NCBI RefSeq assembly: GCF_032062105.1
Contig: NW_026925664.1
Span: 186,001 to 250,000 of the forward strand
Direction of reading: 5' to 3'
DNA length: 64,000 nt
DNA from: Saccostrea cucullata
Taxonomy: Eukaryota
Part shown: in pieces, positions 60,379-64,000 of the stretch
How positions within the stretch are numbered: position 1 is the first letter of the stretch
How the letters are laid out: each line of letters starts with the position of its first letter
Position numbers and translations under genes: made by a program
Notes under the pieces: generated by a model
Seen by the model: only the letters and a program-made list of their open reading frames with translations
Databases searched by the model: none
Told to the model about the DNA's origin: nothing

Positions 60379-62170
60379 GGGGCCAGTTTCACAAAGCTAT
60401 CATAAGATTTATCCTAAGACATGTCTTAAGATTGTCATAGGTTTTGACTTACGATTATCATAAGATTTGTCATTGCTGTTTCACAAAATTATCACAACTT
60501 GGACTTATCTTAAGATATTCTTATACGGCAATTTTTATATATAATGAAGACAATGTTTATACTTATTGATTAACAAACTTCGTTTGAATACAGTATAAAG
60601 GATTGTCATAACTATTAATTATGAAATATGTGTAACCATTGCTAAACATCTTTTATGTATTGATAAATTTTAAAAAATATATTTTTTAAAAGGGACCAAA
60701 AAACATTGATAACATTTAAGTTGAGTTCTGATATTTCATTAATACATAAAAATATTGATAATAAAAAGAACGATCAGCCATGATGAGTAGGTGTTACAAA
60801 CGTATATTAATAATTGTTTCACCCATATCATTATATCAGAATATAGATCATCCATGCTACCGTAAAAACGAGTGTTCGATTGTATTCGCCGTGCTATAAA
60901 AACTGACCAACGAACATCTCGTGCAAGTACAACGTGTATCGGCTCTGGTATGCATGCACGAAATACAAATGGTGTCCGAATTTCTCTTCGTCAGAAATAT
61001 CTATTTTAACGGAAGAAGTTGAAAAAAGGAAACAATTATTATTTTCTAAACAAAGTTCTGTCGTCTGTATTTCTATGAAAAGAAAGGCTTGGAAGCATAT
61101 AGCACAAAAAAGAATGCTGTCAACTGTTCTAATTATTTATGTTCCGGAGAGGAAATTAAAAAAAAGTGGACTTGTATTTCGAGCGAGAAGAAATTGTCCC
61201 TTAATAAAAGAGAACAGAGAAAAACCGGTGGAGGATCAATCCCGTCTTGTGCCCAGATCACCCCCATGGACGAGAAGATTGAGGGCATCATTGGCCAAAC
61301 ATCGATTACAGGGGTGGAGGGGGGGGTGACTTGTTGGATAAATCAACAACATCAAACAGTGCAAAGTCAACAAATAAAACATCTTTTATAGAAAATACCG
61401 ATAATGGTAAGTCACCGATAATTTAATTCATATATCAACGATATTTTCACTAAATATGTTAAAAATAATTGTATTATATTTACCAGTTTAGCCTACATTA
61501 TCACCATACAACAAAATATAAACATTATGTAGTACAGTACATGTATTAATTATCTTTCGATTCAGATAAATACTACACAGTAAATACGGGATACATTGGC
61601 ATCGAAATCTTATTTTAAGGGGGGGGGGGGTGATTGAAAGAGGAAAAGAATTAAAACCCTGAAAAATAAATATGGCACCCCCACCCAAAATAAGGGAAAT
61701 CGTCCAAACTCCAAAATCCTTTTTTTGTGACTAGATAACAATTTAAGGCGTTCAAAATGTCATATTTAATGTTTTTAGTATATTAAAACGGACAGAGAGA
61801 GAGGGGGGTTGAGAGTTTAATTTTTGCTTTGAATTTTATCATTTTGCCTGAAACTAACAGTCTTTTCTTTTCATAGATGCACAAGCTGCTATGATGACGT
61901 CAGTTCCAGCAAAACTTAAAAGACGCTGCGACGCTGAATCTGAAGATTCTACCAGCAAACTTGTCACTGACACATTGAGCAGGAGAGACTACATTTAGAA
62001 GAGCGGCGTCTTCGTGTCGAATAAGATCGACTGGAAGTCGAACGTAAACGTCTGGAAGTTGAAGAAGAACGCTTAAGATTACAAAAACAAAAACACAACT
62101 TGTATTTATGTCAAATGGGAATTATTTTCAGTGTCAACTTAGCGTGCAACCGAAATCTGAGAAGCATTAA
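60379..62170 (+). mobile_element. Decayed PIF/Harbinger element with frameshifted Myb/SANT-like (NAIF1/MSANTD4-type) accessory gene
   Basis: Terminus GGGGCCAGTTTCACAAAGC with TAAGA subterminal repeats. NFSSSEISILTEEVEKRKQLLF..KRKAWKHIA / GEEIKKKW / RKTGGG..EKIEGIIG in shifting frames. Second exon ~61877-62170 has coiled coil RLEVERKRLEVEEERLRL and a stop. No transposase or right TIR seen. Confidence 0.75.
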
Positions 62171-62364
62171 TATTTATGTTCCCGTAATCAAAGATTCGGG
62201 AATATATCATTCTTGCCTGGTCTGTCTGTTTTTCAAAAAAAAATTAAACTTTTCCATAACTTCGAAAGTGTAGCATTCATATTTCATATGTGTAAACCTT
62301 CTGTTAACACGTACATGTCGGTACCAATTTGACCTCTGGACCGTCGCAGTTAAGCATATCTTGC

Positions 62365-63153
62365 TTTTAAGGTCACCTGAGTAAACTCAGGTGACCTATT
62401 GTTATCTGTTTTCGTCCGTGCGTTAACATTTGAACATTTTCAGTTTCTTCTCTGCAACCACTGTACCAATTTCAACCAAATTTGGCACAAAGTATCTATG
62501 GCTGAAGGGAAACAAAAATTGTGAATTTCATGATCCCTGCCCCCCCCCCCCCCCCCTCGGGCCTCAGGGGTGGGGCCAAAACCTCTAAAACTAGTGCAAT
62601 CTTAAAAAATCTTCTTCTTTACTCCTGGACATCAAGCAGTCAAACTGTTTGCATGATTATGATCAGCAATGAGTCCTCTACCAAAATTGTGAAATTCATG
62701 GCCCTGGGGTCAGGGGTTCTAGTGCTAGGGCGGGGCTAAATAAGAAGTTAATGAAAATGAATTATTTCTTTGAAAATCTTCTTCTCTGCTACTGGGTATT
62801 AAATAAACCAACTAAGTACATAGTAATGATGAGTGCCTCTACCAAAATTGTGAATTTTATGGCCCCAGGGTCAGGAGTTCTGGTGTTAGGGCGGGGCTCT
62901 ATTGATTATAAAGTGAAAATACATGAATTCTCTGAAAATCTTCTTCTCTGCTCCTTGGTATTAAATAAACTAATTAAGTACATAGTTATGATCATCAAGA
63001 GTGCCTCTACCAAAATTGTGAATTTTATGGCCCCAGGGTCAGGGGTTCTTGTTTTAGGGTGGGGCTCTAATGATTATATAGTGAAATGCATGAATTCCCT
63101 GAACATCTTATCTTTTGCTCCTGGTTAATATTCTAATGATCTAATTACATATT
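62365..63153 (+). mobile_element. Non-autonomous Helentron, family 1 copy (3' part interrupted)
   Basis: Same 5' end and units as 386-1547; stops at TTAAGGCC, the start of another element. Confidence 0.85.
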
Positions 63154-64000
63154 TAAGGCCAGGATTTAATTTATTTTTAGTTTTACAAACCCCCCGCTCA
63201 AGGTTTTGAATTTTCAGAAAAAAAATAAAACAATGTTTTTCTCTACGATGACAAATTTGAGTTCAATTTTACGAACTCACACTTCCGGTTTTACGTATTC
63301 TATCGTTAAAACAAGTTTAGCTTTTAAAAAAAGCTTAGAGAGTCAGCCAGTGGATTTTTCTTTTCTGTATAATGTTTTAAAGAATCATAGAGAACTGAAA
63401 AAATGCTTTAAACAAAATTTTAATCAGTAGCAGAGTTGGGCACTAAAATTAAAACATCGTCTTAATATTTTTTCTGCATAGGAACAAAAGCGTTTGTGCA
63501 TGCAGATTCTTGCATTTGACTTACTAGTAACTAGCTGAATTTTGGCTTAAAATTGTTTCATAAAAAGTAGAATTGAAATAAAGCAAACATTACTAAGACC
63601 TACAAATTCATTTATTAGACCTCTTATAATATATTAAACCTATTAATATATCCATAAATATGATTGGCACAACCGAGATTATCAGGTCGTAGTTTATGAA
63701 AAACAAGCCAATTTACGGATAATAAAAAGTATGCGCAGAAGGGGGGGTCAAGGGCGGGGCCATAGGGAGTTATGGTTTATGACATTTAATTGTAAAAACT
63801 CAAAACCTTCTTGAGATATTGACTGGGAATGAAAGTTTTACACAGAGTCACACAGAAGTATGAATTAATGACAATGATGTTTGAACCTCAAAATAACAGG
63901 GGTGTTCCTTACGCCATATATATGGCCATATGGAGTTGTGGTATAAAATTTCATTGCAAAAGCTCAATGGCTTACAGAGATATCGCGCAAGAACAAGTGT

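Overview
AT-rich, intron-containing animal genomic DNA. The repeat families and the C1q and fibrinogen genes point to a bivalve mollusc, probably an oyster (inference). Left half (2.7-30.2 kb, + strand): one multi-exon gene reconstructed by hand with phase-consistent GT-AG junctions. It has a short N-terminal helical/Cys motif, long acidic and Q/S/T/P-rich regions, and TWO catalytically dead Crypton-type tyrosine-recombinase (DUF3504-like) modules. Each module is split at the same phase-1 intron and the halves are interleaved as A1-A2-B1-B2, so splicing could choose or mix modules. Two of this gene's 5' splice sites have been amplified into intronic tandem arrays. Right half: a decayed C1q-domain gene, a frameshifted fibrinogen-domain gene, nested LINE fragments around an assembly gap and a decayed Harbinger element. 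It also holds a young 5'-truncated L1/Tx1 retrotransposon (poly-A, 12-bp TSD, open ORF2) whose remaining ORF1 end is a complete IMPACT/YigZ (UPF0029) domain. Introns and intergenic space are filled with non-autonomous Helentrons carrying satellite arrays, MITEs and SINEs. All family assignments come from motif recognition by eye; no database search was run.
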